Assembly: GCA_027339965.1 (NCBI GenBank)
Contig: DAHWNL010000038.1
Location: 35,831 to 99,830, forward strand
Length of the DNA: 64,000 nucleotides
Source: Granulicella sp.
Lineage (GTDB): Bacteria; Acidobacteriota; Terriglobia; Terriglobales; Acidobacteriaceae
Direction of reading: 5' to 3'
Positions within the stretch are counted from its first letter, which is position 1. The number at the start of each line of letters is the position of its first letter. Positions 52,487 to 62,393 of the stretch are shown piece after piece. Made by a program: the position numbers and the translations under genes. The notes under the pieces are model-generated. The model saw nothing but the letters and a program-made list of their open reading frames with translations. It had not been told where the DNA came from and searched no databases.

Positions 52487-54076
52487 TTAGTCCGCGCTGT
52501 TGGTCAGAGCGTCAATGTAAGCGACGTCGTTCACTGTGCCCTGGATGGTCATATTGATATTGTTGATCTCTGAACCCGGCGTGCCCCCATTTTGATCCTG
52601 CAACTGCTCGACGGGGAGGATAGGGTTGGGATTCAGCCCTGTGTAGAAGCCATGGAGTTGGCCACCGTAAGCGGTATATACCTTGTAGTAGTCCTGCACC
52701 CAGCACAGGCCGGTCAGGCTGCCGTAGTAGTACATGTCCTGATCGGTGTTGGGATAAGGAACGGTGACAGGCGTTACCGAAGAGATGTTCGACTGCACGA
52801 CCTGAGGGATGATGGTGGCCGTTGGCGTAGCCGTGCCAGTGGTCAACATGGTCAGGCAGTTGTAGTTTCCAGCCTGATCGGTGTAGCCCTGCGAGGCGAG
52901 TTCCGCCTGCGCGGTGGCATAGCGGACGCCGTTGGAGCAATTGGAGGATCCGACCCACAACGTGTTGTTATCCGCGAACAGCATCCGGTTATGCGTACCG
53001 TCCGAGATCGAAATCGGCTTGCTGACGCTGTAGGTACTGAGATTGATGGTGGTGAGATTGCCGGCCCAGCGGCCCTGATACGGGCCAGAGGTCTGGAGTT
53101 GCTGACCGGCAGTGTACAGGTAGGTGCTGCCCGGGATGGCATCCGTTACGCCGCCGGGAATCGGAATCGGGTTTGGAACCCCGTTGGGAAGAGGGGAAAC
53201 CGGACTGGGCGCGCCGGAACTGAGCGGGTTTACCGTTGGAACCAAATTAATGTTGAGCTGCGCAGTCTGCAGAAACTCCACGCTGGCTGTCTTTCCTCCA
53301 TTCTCCGGACCGGAGTTGAGGACGTAGGCGGTGCTGCCATCGATGGAGAAGATGACATTGACCGGGCGGTCATAGGTGCCGGCTACCGGGACAACGCAGT
53401 AGGCCGGCAGCAGGATCGGCTCACAGTCCACATAGCCTGGAGGATAGATGGGGATGGAGGTCGCGGGCAGCTTCACAACGCGATAGAGTGTGTTGGAGTT
53501 CTGCACCATCGCCAGGACGACGCTGGCGCCAGGATTGATGACTGCTTTGTCGACACCGGGAAGATTCAGCCTGTAGGTGACGCCGCCCGTGGTAAAAATC
53601 AGAATTCCGGCCTGCTCGTCTGCACCGGCGAACATCGTGCCTATGGGGGCGGCTGCAGCAGAAGGGGGCGAGGCACCGTCATTCAAGACCACTCCGGTGG
53701 AAGCCTCCGTGCCGTAGTTGATTGCGGTGAGATTGCCGTCGTTGTAGGAGAGCACATACCCTGTAGTCTCTTCCGGGAAGTTGATGATCCTGACGGGATT
53801 TCCCTCGGAGTAGCCGGAGATCTTCCACTCTGGAATGGTGTTCTGTATGTTGCCGCGCAGATTGCGCAGGCCATCGATAATCTCAAGTCCACCCGTGGTT
53901 CCGTTGGCGGTGTAGGCCGCCATGACGCGCTCCTGGAGGTGGCTGGGCGGCACGGGCCGGTTGGAGTACACGTTCGTTGTAATTTTGTAAGGCACCACCT
54001 GATAGCAGCCAGAGAGAGCCAGCAGGGTCATCGCCAAGAGCATGCCCGAAGCAGCCAGGGCAGGAAAACTTCTCAT
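52487..54076 (-). CDS. Uncharacterised lipoprotein, beta-rich (possible beta-propeller)
   Basis: Lipobox LSGC; Ser/Thr/Gly/Asn-rich, FSIDGSTAYVL-type blade motif. Confidence 0.75.
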   Translation of the reverse strand: MRSFPALAASGMLLAMTLLALSGCYQVVPYKITTNVYSNRPVPPSHLQERVMAAYTANGTTGGLEIIDGLRNLRGNIQNTIPEWKISGYSEGNPVRIINFPEETTGYVLSYNDGNLTAINYGTEASTGVVLNDGASPPSAAAAPIGTMFAGADEQAGILIFTTGGVTYRLNLPGVDKAVINPGASVVLAMVQNSNTLYRVVKLPATSIPIYPPGYVDCEPILLPAYCVVPVAGTYDRPVNVIFSIDGSTAYVLNSGPENGGKTASVEFLQTAQLNINLVPTVNPLSSGAPSPVSPLPNGVPNPIPIPGGVTDAIPGSTYLYTAGQQLQTSGPYQGRWAGNLTTINLSTYSVSKPISISDGTHNRMLFADNNTLWVGSSNCSNGVRYATAQAELASQGYTDQAGNYNCLTMLTTGTATPTATIIPQVVQSNISSVTPVTVPYPNTDQDMYYYGSLTGLCWVQDYYKVYTAYGGQLHGFYTGLNPNPILPVEQLQDQNGGTPGSEINNINMTIQGTVNDVAYIDALTNSAD

Positions 54077-54333
54077 CTTCAATGTGCAACACTCCAAGCG
54101 GTAGCCGCCGCAGGGGCGGAGTCTGCGATTTCTTCCGTCAAGTATAACAGCGGGGTAGGGTATCTCGGTACTGTGGGAGCAGGCTGAAATCCCTTCGCGG
54201 AGGCAGCCATGATCAGCCTGCGCAGCCGGGCTCTCGCTAAGGGTTCGATCCGTCTGACGAGGGAGCCTGGGCCAATCGGCGTTATACGATTGAAGATCAG
54301 GCACTTTCCGTTTTGGAAGAGGGCAGGAGATCG

Positions 54334-56301
54334 ATGAAGGCCGAGGTCGAGAGGCTTTTTCAGGGTGGAACCACGTTATGCGACGGCGCAATGGGCACCA
54401 TGTTGTATGCCTGTGGCGTCTTCATTGACCGGTGCTATGACGAGCTGAACATCACCCAGCCGGAGATGGTGCGGTCGGTCCACCAGCAGTATCTGCAGGC
54501 TGGCGCCGATGTGATTGAAACCAATACGTTCGGCGCCAACCGCTTTCGCCTGGAACGGTTTGGTCTGCGGGAGAAGGTGAAAGAGTTCAATCTGGCTGGA
54601 GCCGCGCTCGCCCGCCAATGCGTGGATGGGATCCGGGAGAGCCGCAAGAGGCCGGCGTTTGTGGCCGGCGCGGTAGGGCCGCTGGGGCTGCGGCTGGAGT
54701 CGCTCGGAGAGCGTGGGCCGGAGGAGGCGCGCGCTGCCTATGCCGAACAGATTCAGGCCCTGGCGGAGGGGGGAGTGGATCTGCTTCTGCTGGAGACCAT
54801 GATGTCGATGGACGAAGCGGAGCAGGCATTGCTGGCCGCGCGTCAGGCGGCTCCGCAGTTGAAGATGGCTGTGCTTTTTACCCTGGGAGAGGATGTCAAC
54901 TGCCTCGACGGAACCAGCCTGGAGCAGGCTGTTGCACGCATCGAAGCATTGGGCGCCGATGCTTTGGGGTGCAACTGCAGCGCCGGCCCCACGGTTGTGC
55001 TGAGCGCCGTGGAGAGGATCAGGGCAGTGACCCGGCTGCCGGTTGTCGCCATGCCCAATGCGGGGACGCCGCGTAGCGTCCAGGGGCGCAATATCTATCT
55101 CACTTCGCCGGAGTATATGGGAAGCTTTGCGCGCAAGTTTGTCCGCGCCGGCGCCAGTTGGGTGGGAGGCTGCTGCGGAACTACACCGGAGCACATCCGC
55201 GCCATGCGCAGCGCACTTCGGGCGATGGCGGCGCAGGACGCAGGCGAGGCCTCCGCCCGCGCGGCAACCCCGCCCAGGGTGCAGCGGGCGGGCGAGTGCT
55301 CCGTAGCCGAGGTGAGCGGATCGGCTGCAGCCGGGCTCCGAGGGACCGCGAGCAGGAGCGGGCGTTTCCTCTTCCGGGAGGACGTCGTCGAGCCGGAGCC
55401 CCTGCGAGCGAGATCGGGTATCGGAGCCTCGATCGCCGGCGGACGGTTTGTGACCATGGTGGAGATCGTCCCTCCGAAAGGAATTGACTGCAGCAAGGAG
55501 CTGGCTGGAGCGGCTTTGTTGGCGGAGTTCGGCGTGGACGCAATCAACGTGCCGGATTCACCGCGCGCCAGCGCGCGGATGAGCGCCCAGAGTCTATCCT
55601 TGCAGATCCAGCAGAAGGTGGGCGTCGAGACGATCCTGCATTTCACCTGCAGAGACCGCAGCGTGCTGGGTATCCAGAGCGAGCTTCTGGGTATCGCTTC
55701 CCTGGGGCTCAAGAATATCCTTTGCTTGACGGGTGATCCTCCTAAGATGGGCAACTATCCGGATGCTACCGCCGTGTTCGACGTGGATGCGATCGGGTTG
55801 GTGAAGATTGTGAATGACCTGAACCATGGTTTGGATATCGGGCAGAATCCCATCGGCGGGTCAACCGGTTTTACGATGGCGGTTGCTGCCAATCCAGGGG
55901 TCTCCGACATCGAACGCGAGGTGCGCCGCTTCGCTGGCAAAGTAGAGGCGGGAGCGGAGTACGCCATCACCCAGCCGGTCTTCGATCTCAAGCTCCTGGA
56001 GGCTTTTCTGCGCCGCATTGAGAGCTTTCGGATTCCGGTGATTGCCGGGATCTGGCCGCTCACCAGCCTGCGCAACGCAGAGTTCATGAAAAACGATCTG
56101 CGCGTGTCCATGCCGGATGAGATTCTGGAGCGCATGGCGGCTGCGCCAGACAAGGATGCGGCCGTGGCCGAGGGTGTGGCGATCGCTCAGCGGATGCTGG
56201 AGTCCGTACGGGATGCTGTGCAGGGTGTGCAGGTAAGCGCTCCCTTTGGCAAGTATGGATTGGCCGTCCAGGTGCTGGGGCTGGACAGAAGGAGCAAGTA
56301 A
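54334..56301 (+). CDS. yitJ: Bifunctional homocysteine S-methyltransferase / methylenetetrahydrofolate reductase
   Basis: DGAMGT, ETNTFGAN, GCNC, GGCCGT; HFTCRDR, LTGDPP, ITQPVF. Confidence 0.93.
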   Translation: MKAEVERLFQGGTTLCDGAMGTMLYACGVFIDRCYDELNITQPEMVRSVHQQYLQAGADVIETNTFGANRFRLERFGLREKVKEFNLAGAALARQCVDGIRESRKRPAFVAGAVGPLGLRLESLGERGPEEARAAYAEQIQALAEGGVDLLLLETMMSMDEAEQALLAARQAAPQLKMAVLFTLGEDVNCLDGTSLEQAVARIEALGADALGCNCSAGPTVVLSAVERIRAVTRLPVVAMPNAGTPRSVQGRNIYLTSPEYMGSFARKFVRAGASWVGGCCGTTPEHIRAMRSALRAMAAQDAGEASARAATPPRVQRAGECSVAEVSGSAAAGLRGTASRSGRFLFREDVVEPEPLRARSGIGASIAGGRFVTMVEIVPPKGIDCSKELAGAALLAEFGVDAINVPDSPRASARMSAQSLSLQIQQKVGVETILHFTCRDRSVLGIQSELLGIASLGLKNILCLTGDPPKMGNYPDATAVFDVDAIGLVKIVNDLNHGLDIGQNPIGGSTGFTMAVAANPGVSDIEREVRRFAGKVEAGAEYAITQPVFDLKLLEAFLRRIESFRIPVIAGIWPLTSLRNAEFMKNDLRVSMPDEILERMAAAPDKDAAVAEGVAIAQRMLESVRDAVQGVQVSAPFGKYGLAVQVLGLDRRSK

Positions 56302-56582
56302 TGGCGAGCTTTGAAGAGCAGATGGCAGAGTTGGAGAAGGTTGTCGAGCGCCTGGAGCATGGCGATCTGACGCTGGAAGAGAATGTCAGCCTGTTTGAGC
56401 GAGGCATGCAGTTGTCCAGCGCCTGCAAGGAACAACTTGCCAAGGCGGAGAGCCGAGTCCAGGTGTTGCTGGAGCCGGAGCGGGCCGGGCCCGTCCACAT
56501 GGAAGATCTCCCGGAGCTCTCTGTCGCCGAGGCCGAGCGGGAGGGGCTGGAGGAGCCGCTGGATGAGGACGAAGGTGGTTAA
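56301..56582 (+). CDS. xseB: Exodeoxyribonuclease VII small subunit
   Basis: SFEEQMAELEKVVERLE...LEENVSLFERG; TAATG overlap with yitJ. Confidence 0.93.
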   Translation: MASFEEQMAELEKVVERLEHGDLTLEENVSLFERGMQLSSACKEQLAKAESRVQVLLEPERAGPVHMEDLPELSVAEAEREGLEEPLDEDEGG

Positions 56583-56815
56583 GGGTAAGGCTTTACTGTT
56601 TGCCTGTCACCGGATGTCGGGCGGCAGCTCTTCCGGGAATCCGGGGCACTATGGGGGGCACGACAGTCAAGCTTGACCCGCCGACTCGCCTGATCCCTCC
56701 CCGCAGACGCTTTATAGCAGATGCTTTATCGCGTCATCGCGGCTAGCTGGATTCTTGCGGCCGGCGCGCTCCGCGCCGTAGCCCGATTATCGTGCAGGGA
56801 TGCGGTCGAGGCTTT

Positions 56816-57820
56816 TCAGCGGCTGCGGCTGGTGACGAAGCCGGGGACCCAAAGCAGAGCGCGCTTGTACTCGCTCTCGGGAAGGTCGGAGACTGACTGA
56901 CGGGCGGCTTCAGCGTAGGCACAGGCCGTATCCATGGCATATGCGATGGATCCGTGGCGGTTCAGGATCTCCAGGATATCGGAGCGACTGATGCGCGCAA
57001 AGCTGCGATCGGCGAGTACCGTGCGGATCGCTTCACGATCCGCTCCTGTGCCGCGCTCCAGGGCATGGATTACCGCCAAGGTCGCCTTTCCCTCTCGCAA
57101 GTCGGAGGCGGACGGTTTCCCCAGCACCTCGTCGTTGGCCGTCAGATCCAGAACATCGTCGACGATCTGAAACGCCAGGCCAAGGTTGCGCCCATACTCG
57201 CCCAGGGAATCCTCCCAGGAGATTGCGGCGGCCTCAGATGCTGAGTCTGCGATGACCGCTCCCAGTTGCATCGAGACCTTGAAGAGGCAGGCAGTTTTGC
57301 GATAAATCAAGTCAAAGTACTCTTCCTCGTTGATCAGATGCCCCAGCTTCTCCATCTGGAGCAGCTCGCCTTCCACCATCTCCTGGGTGAGGGAGATCAG
57401 CAGATCAAGGATGCGAAAGTTGCGCTCGTCCAGAGCGGTGCGGAAGGCCTGCATGTAAAGCCAGTCGCCTGCCAGCACGCACTTGGCGTTGCCCCAGGTG
57501 GTGTTCGAAGAGGGTCGGCCGCGGCGCAGGTTGGCCTCATCGATGATGTCGTCATGCACCAGGGTAGCGGTATGGAGCATCTCTACTACGGCACCCATGC
57601 GGATGCGGGCTTCGCTCCCACAGTTGAGGCTCTTGGCGGAGAGAAGAAGCAGCAGCGGGCGGATGCGCTTGCCTCCGCCAGCGATCAGGTAGTTGGCGAT
57701 GTCGGTGACGACGGCGACCGGAGAGCTCGACTGTCGGGCGAATTCGACTTCAATCGCCGCCAGATCGTCCTTGAGAAGCTCAAAGACCTCGGCTGCCGTC
57801 GCGATGGAGATCGTGCTCAT
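56816..57820 (-). CDS. Long-chain polyprenyl diphosphate synthase (IspB-like)
   Basis: GGKRIRP, VHDDIID..RRG, KTA, FQIVDDVLD, DLREGK. Confidence 0.94.
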   Translation of the reverse strand: MSTISIATAAEVFELLKDDLAAIEVEFARQSSSPVAVVTDIANYLIAGGGKRIRPLLLLLSAKSLNCGSEARIRMGAVVEMLHTATLVHDDIIDEANLRRGRPSSNTTWGNAKCVLAGDWLYMQAFRTALDERNFRILDLLISLTQEMVEGELLQMEKLGHLINEEEYFDLIYRKTACLFKVSMQLGAVIADSASEAAAISWEDSLGEYGRNLGLAFQIVDDVLDLTANDEVLGKPSASDLREGKATLAVIHALERGTGADREAIRTVLADRSFARISRSDILEILNRHGSIAYAMDTACAYAEAARQSVSDLPESEYKRALLWVPGFVTSRSR

Positions 57821-58168
57821 CCCTGATTCAAGAGTAGCAGGTGACGCAGATCAACGGTGACGGTGGCAGAAAGGATACAGGGGAGAGTCTGCCGCGAAAG
57901 CCCCGGAATGGAACGGTACGTTCGCTCTTGGATCCTTATTCCGACCGCGCTGGCGGAAGAAGCCGGTTCTGAAGCTGCGGATCGATCTATCTCTCTGGCT
58001 GTCTTTCCGGCTGATTTTCTGGGATGCGATAACCGGTCAGCGAGCTGGTTTGCAGACTCAGCACGGCTCTTCTGCTGCGGCCAATTTCTTCGAGCTGGGG
58101 GTGAAGGCTTTCGGGAAAAAACAACCGACGGCGGCCTGGCTCCATGCTCCACCGGCGCCAAGATGAAT

Positions 58169-58669
58169 CTAATTGGAGCGATAGTTGGTGAACTGCAGTT
58201 CAAGGCCGAGATCCTTGCCGCGCAGCAGGGCAATAATCTGCTGGAGCGTGTCGCGATCCTTGCTGGTCACCCGGACCGTATCTCCCTGAATGCTGGCCTG
58301 CGCCTTCAGCTTGGAGTCCTTGATGGCGGCGACGATCTTCTTGGCGGCATCCGAAGAGATTCCCTGCTTGAGTTTGATCTTCTGCCGGACCGAGGAGTTG
58401 GCTGCCGGTTCCACCTTCTCATATTCCAGATTTTTCAGGGAGACGTTGCGCTTGACGAACTTCTGCGCCAGGATTTCGATCACCGCCTTCAAGGTGTACT
58501 CATCCTGGGAGGCCAGCTGCACGGTGTCCTGTCCTTCCAGGGTGATGGAGGATTTTGAGTTCTTCAGGTCAAAGCGCGCATGAACCTCCTTGCTCGCCTG
58601 GTCGATTGCGTTCTTGACTTCCTGAATCTCGACTTTGCTCACAATATCGAAGCTGTTATCAGCCGCCAT
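58169..58669 (-). CDS. yajQ: YajQ-family cyclic di-GMP-binding protein
   Basis: SFDIVS, RFDLK, QGDTVRV, LQFTNYR. Confidence 0.95.
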   Translation of the reverse strand: MAADNSFDIVSKVEIQEVKNAIDQASKEVHARFDLKNSKSSITLEGQDTVQLASQDEYTLKAVIEILAQKFVKRNVSLKNLEYEKVEPAANSSVRQKIKLKQGISSDAAKKIVAAIKDSKLKAQASIQGDTVRVTSKDRDTLQQIIALLRGKDLGLELQFTNYRSN

Positions 58670-58728
58670 CGTTTGCTCCCTTCTGCCAAATATTTAAGAT
58701 GCGCTTGCCGGGTCCTGTCGACACTTCC

Positions 58729-59580
58729 TCAAACGCGCTGCGAACCAGACTTTGACGCGGGGAACAGCGCCCCGAAGTTGGAAGTGGTGTTCTCCGCGAG
58801 TTGGGCGGTCGAGACGCCGCGCAGCCCCGCGACGAAGTGGACTGTATGCGTGACGAACGCGGGTTCGTTGGTGGTGCCGCGGAACGGAATGGGTGCCAGA
58901 AAAGGAGCGTCGGTCTCGACCAAAATACGATCAGAAGGCACGCCGGCGGCTACGGACTGAAGGATGGTGGCCTTGGGATAAGTCACGTTGCCCGCAAACG
59001 AGAGATAGAAGCCGGCAGCCAGCGAGCGCTCTGCCTGTTGCTGATTACCGGAGAAGCAGTGCATGATGCCGGGTAGTCCGGTGGGGGTCCAATTTTCATG
59101 GAGAAGGCGGAATAGATCCTCCCAGGCATCAGCCGCGGCAAACTTGGCCTTTGCGGCTGGCGTGGCGAGGTCGGAGGTGCGGCAGTGGATGATGATGGGT
59201 TTGCCTGCCTGCGCGGCGATCCTGATCTGGGCGATGAAGGCTGATTGCTGGACGGGAATCTGGGGGTTGTCCAGATGGTAGTAGTCCAGCCCGATCTCCC
59301 CGATGGCCAGGCAGCGCGGGTCTCGGGCGAGGGTAGAGAGTTTGGCCAAAGCCTCCGGGGTGGAGCGATGCGCCTCCTGGGGATGGATGCCGACCGAGGC
59401 CCAGACCTCGGGAGTATCTCGGCTGTGAGCATGAGCCAGTTCCAGAGCCCGATGCATGGTCTCGGGACCGTCGCCGATGCCGATCGCCAGAACTTGACCC
59501 ACGCCGGCCTGACGAGCGCGGGCGAGCACTGCCGGAAGATCCGGGTAGCTGTCGAGATGGCAATGGGAGTCGATAAGCAT
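58729..59580 (-). CDS. tatD: TatD-family DNase
   Basis: IDSHCHL, GIHP, IGEIGLDY, HCFSG, ETDAPF. Confidence 0.94.
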   Translation of the reverse strand: MLIDSHCHLDSYPDLPAVLARARQAGVGQVLAIGIGDGPETMHRALELAHAHSRDTPEVWASVGIHPQEAHRSTPEALAKLSTLARDPRCLAIGEIGLDYYHLDNPQIPVQQSAFIAQIRIAAQAGKPIIIHCRTSDLATPAAKAKFAAADAWEDLFRLLHENWTPTGLPGIMHCFSGNQQQAERSLAAGFYLSFAGNVTYPKATILQSVAAGVPSDRILVETDAPFLAPIPFRGTTNEPAFVTHTVHFVAGLRGVSTAQLAENTTSNFGALFPASKSGSQRV

Positions 59581-59614
59581 CAGGATTGCGTGTCCAGAAG
59601 AGAGAAAGGGGCGC

Positions 59615-61804
59615 TCACTTGAGGCGAGATCCAAGGGGAGCTTCCTCGGGAACGGTCGCCAGGTAAGGTTTCCCTCCGTCCTGGCTGGCGGCCAGAAGCA
59701 TGCCATGGGACTCAAGTCCGCGCATCTTGCGCGGGGCCAGGTTCGTGATCACGATGATACGGCGGCCAAGGAGATCCTCGGGGGTGTACCACTCGGCGAT
59801 GCCGGACAGGATCTGGCGCCTTTCGTCGCCCAGCTCGACCTCCAGACGCAGTAGTTTGTCGGCCTTGGGGATGCGCTCGGCGACGGCGATCCGCGCCACG
59901 CGCATCTCGACCCGGGCGAAGTCGTCGATGCTGATGGAGGGATTTGCGGTGGGCTCTTCCTGCTTGGCGGCAGCCGCCGCAAGCGCGGCTGCCGGCTCGG
60001 TCCCTATGGAGGGGGTGGAGGCTGGGGCGATAGAGGATTCCATTTCAGTCATTTTCTGCGCGAGTCCTTTGTCGGCACGGGGGAAGATGGTGGTCAGGGC
60101 GCCTAGTTGCGTTCCAGGTTTGAACTCTGCCCAGTGCAGCATCTTGAGTCTTCCTTGAGCGGCGGCATCCTCAATGCTGCCCAGTCCAAGCTGGGCCCAT
60201 ACTCTGGCCGTAGCGAAGGGAAGAACGGGATGGAGCAGGGCTGTGGCAAGGCGGATGCCCTGAGCGGAGACGAAAAGAGTGGTGGCCAGATCGCGCCGGT
60301 CTTCTTCGTCGCTGGACTTTGCGAGCTTCCAAGGGGCTGATGCCGAAAGGAAGTTGTCGATCCGCGAGATGAGACGCATGACTTCCAAAAGGTAATCATG
60401 GAAGGCGAAACGATCGAAGAGGGGATGCAAGCGCGTCTGCATGGCCTGGAAGTCGTCACGAATCGCTTCTGCCATGGCTCCACATTCCCTCCTGGCAGGG
60501 TCCTGGCCGCCGTCATGATCCAACGATGGAGAAGGGATGGATCCGCCAAAGTACTGAGTGATCATGTTCAGCGCGCGGCTGACCAGGTTGCCGTAGCCGT
60601 TGGCCAGGTCGGCGTTGTAGCGCGTAATCAGGGCATCGAAACTGAAGCTGCCGTCCTGGCCGAAGGGGATCTCTCGGAGCAGGAAGTAGCGCAGGACATC
60701 GGAGGCGAAGAGATCGCGCTGCGGTTGCGTGCTAGCGGCGTCCGTTGCCGCTTCCGGCGGCGGGCAAAGGGGGCCAAAGGCGTCAAGAATTGTCTCTGTG
60801 CGGACGATGTTGCCCCGGGACTTGGACATCTTCGACTCTTCAAACAGCAGCCATCCGTGCGCCGTTATGGCCTGGGGTAGCCACTTCCGTGCCCATGCGC
60901 TGTGCCGCTCTGCCGCGAGGGCGGGGGGCGCTTCGCTGCTCTTATGCTGTAGCTCGGGGTTGAGCGCCAGAAGAAGCGCCGGCCAGTAGATGCAGTGGAA
61001 GCGAATGATCTCCTTGCCCACCAGGTGCACGTTGGCCGGCCAGAAGGCGTTGAAGAGATCCTCGTTGCTGCTGCCGTAGCCCAGTGCGGTGATGTAATTG
61101 GCCAGGGCGTCCATCCAGACGTAAATGACGTGCTTTTGCGCCGCCGTGCTGGCCGCAGGTTCAGGAACGGGAATGCCCCAGGTGAAGGAACTGCGCGAGA
61201 TGCTGAGATCCTTGAGGCCGCCTTGGAGGAAGCTCAGAACTTCATTGCGGCGGGTCTCCGGGGTAATTGCGAGCTGGCCGGATTCGATGAGATCGAGGAG
61301 CGGACGCTGGAAGGCGGAGAGTTTGAAGAAGAAGTTCTCCTCTGAGAGTGTTTCGGTGATGCGGCCGCACTCCGGGCAGGGTTCACCGGGCGCTACATCG
61401 ACGAAGGCCTCATCGGAGACGCAGTATTGGCCGGTGTAGCTTCTCAGAACGATGAAGCCACGCTCATAGAGGGTGGCGAAGAGATGCTGCACCGCTTGCT
61501 TGTGCCGGGAGCTGGTGGTGCGGATGAAGTCGTCGTGGGTGATTCCCATGCGGCGCCAGAGGCCGGCAAAGGATCCGGAGACCTGATCGGCGAAGGTCTG
61601 GGGTTGGACACCGGCGGCGGCGGCGGATCGCTCGATCTTCTGGCCATGCTCATCGGTTCCGGTGAGGAAGTAGGTCTTGTCTCCCAGCAGGCGCTGACGG
61701 CGCGCCAGCGCATCGGCGACGATGGTGGTGTAGGCGTGGCCGATGTGGGGGCGAGCGTTGACGTAGTAGATCGGCGTGGTGACGTAAAACGTTCTGTCGG
61801 ACAT
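59615..61804 (-). CDS. metG: Methionine--tRNA ligase with C-terminal tRNA-binding domain
   Basis: TTPIYYVN..HIGH, GTDEHG, KMSKS, NLAPRKMRGLESHGMLLAA. Confidence 0.97.
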   Translation of the reverse strand: MSDRTFYVTTPIYYVNARPHIGHAYTTIVADALARRQRLLGDKTYFLTGTDEHGQKIERSAAAAGVQPQTFADQVSGSFAGLWRRMGITHDDFIRTTSSRHKQAVQHLFATLYERGFIVLRSYTGQYCVSDEAFVDVAPGEPCPECGRITETLSEENFFFKLSAFQRPLLDLIESGQLAITPETRRNEVLSFLQGGLKDLSISRSSFTWGIPVPEPAASTAAQKHVIYVWMDALANYITALGYGSSNEDLFNAFWPANVHLVGKEIIRFHCIYWPALLLALNPELQHKSSEAPPALAAERHSAWARKWLPQAITAHGWLLFEESKMSKSRGNIVRTETILDAFGPLCPPPEAATDAASTQPQRDLFASDVLRYFLLREIPFGQDGSFSFDALITRYNADLANGYGNLVSRALNMITQYFGGSIPSPSLDHDGGQDPARRECGAMAEAIRDDFQAMQTRLHPLFDRFAFHDYLLEVMRLISRIDNFLSASAPWKLAKSSDEEDRRDLATTLFVSAQGIRLATALLHPVLPFATARVWAQLGLGSIEDAAAQGRLKMLHWAEFKPGTQLGALTTIFPRADKGLAQKMTEMESSIAPASTPSIGTEPAAALAAAAAKQEEPTANPSISIDDFARVEMRVARIAVAERIPKADKLLRLEVELGDERRQILSGIAEWYTPEDLLGRRIIVITNLAPRKMRGLESHGMLLAASQDGGKPYLATVPEEAPLGSRLK

Positions 61805-61967
61805 TGCGCAAAGTCAGTTTACAGGCGGATCGCGGTCCGATGCGATTCTCAGCCGTTGGTTCAAAACGACTGGCATCGTGGAGCGCGGCGCGAGACGTTG
61901 CCGGACGTCAGGGCGGCCGGAAAGAGCGATGGAGATGGTTCGTCCCGAAAGGTCTCTCTGAAAACTC

Positions 61968-62270
61968 TCAAGCCTCGCCCACCCACAGGAGATACGGGTA
62001 AACCAGGAAGAAGAGCACCAGCATGATGGCCATCAGGTCCATATACAGGCACAGCATGACCCCGCCGTGATAAAAGTTCCACCGCTTCTGCAGGCAACGC
62101 AGCGTGTCCACCATGCCGGCGCAGCAGCCGAGAAGAGGGATCAGCAACCAGAGATTGACGTGCAGAGCAGGGAAACGCGAGATCAAGGTGGCCAGGGCAA
62201 CGCTGGCGAAAACCAGAAAGTTGCCACGGATAAGGGAGTGGGCTCGCGGATTGAAGATGGCTGGAGTCAT
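61968..62270 (-). CDS. Small three-TM membrane protein
   Basis: Three hydrophobic helices, same strand as mtnA and metG. Confidence 0.7.
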   Translation of the reverse strand: MTPAIFNPRAHSLIRGNFLVFASVALATLISRFPALHVNLWLLIPLLGCCAGMVDTLRCLQKRWNFYHGGVMLCLYMDLMAIMLVLFFLVYPYLLWVGEA

Positions 62271-62393
62271 CGACGGGGAGAACGTCTTTGCTGAAATTTG
62301 ATTGTAAATCAGCGGATCATTGCTTGTCGTCCGCCCGAGGCAACGGCTCAGGAACCGCACGGGCCGGGACAGACGGCTTGGTGATCAGCGCGG

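Noticed and set aside
54225..54275. tRNA-like GGTTCGATCC
   Set aside because: No cloverleaf or acceptor stem around the T-loop-like word
54077..54333. SAM riboswitch ahead of yitJ (also checked upstream of metG and mtnA)
   Set aside because: No SAM-I core or other recognisable aptamer; a cmscan would be needed to exclude it fully
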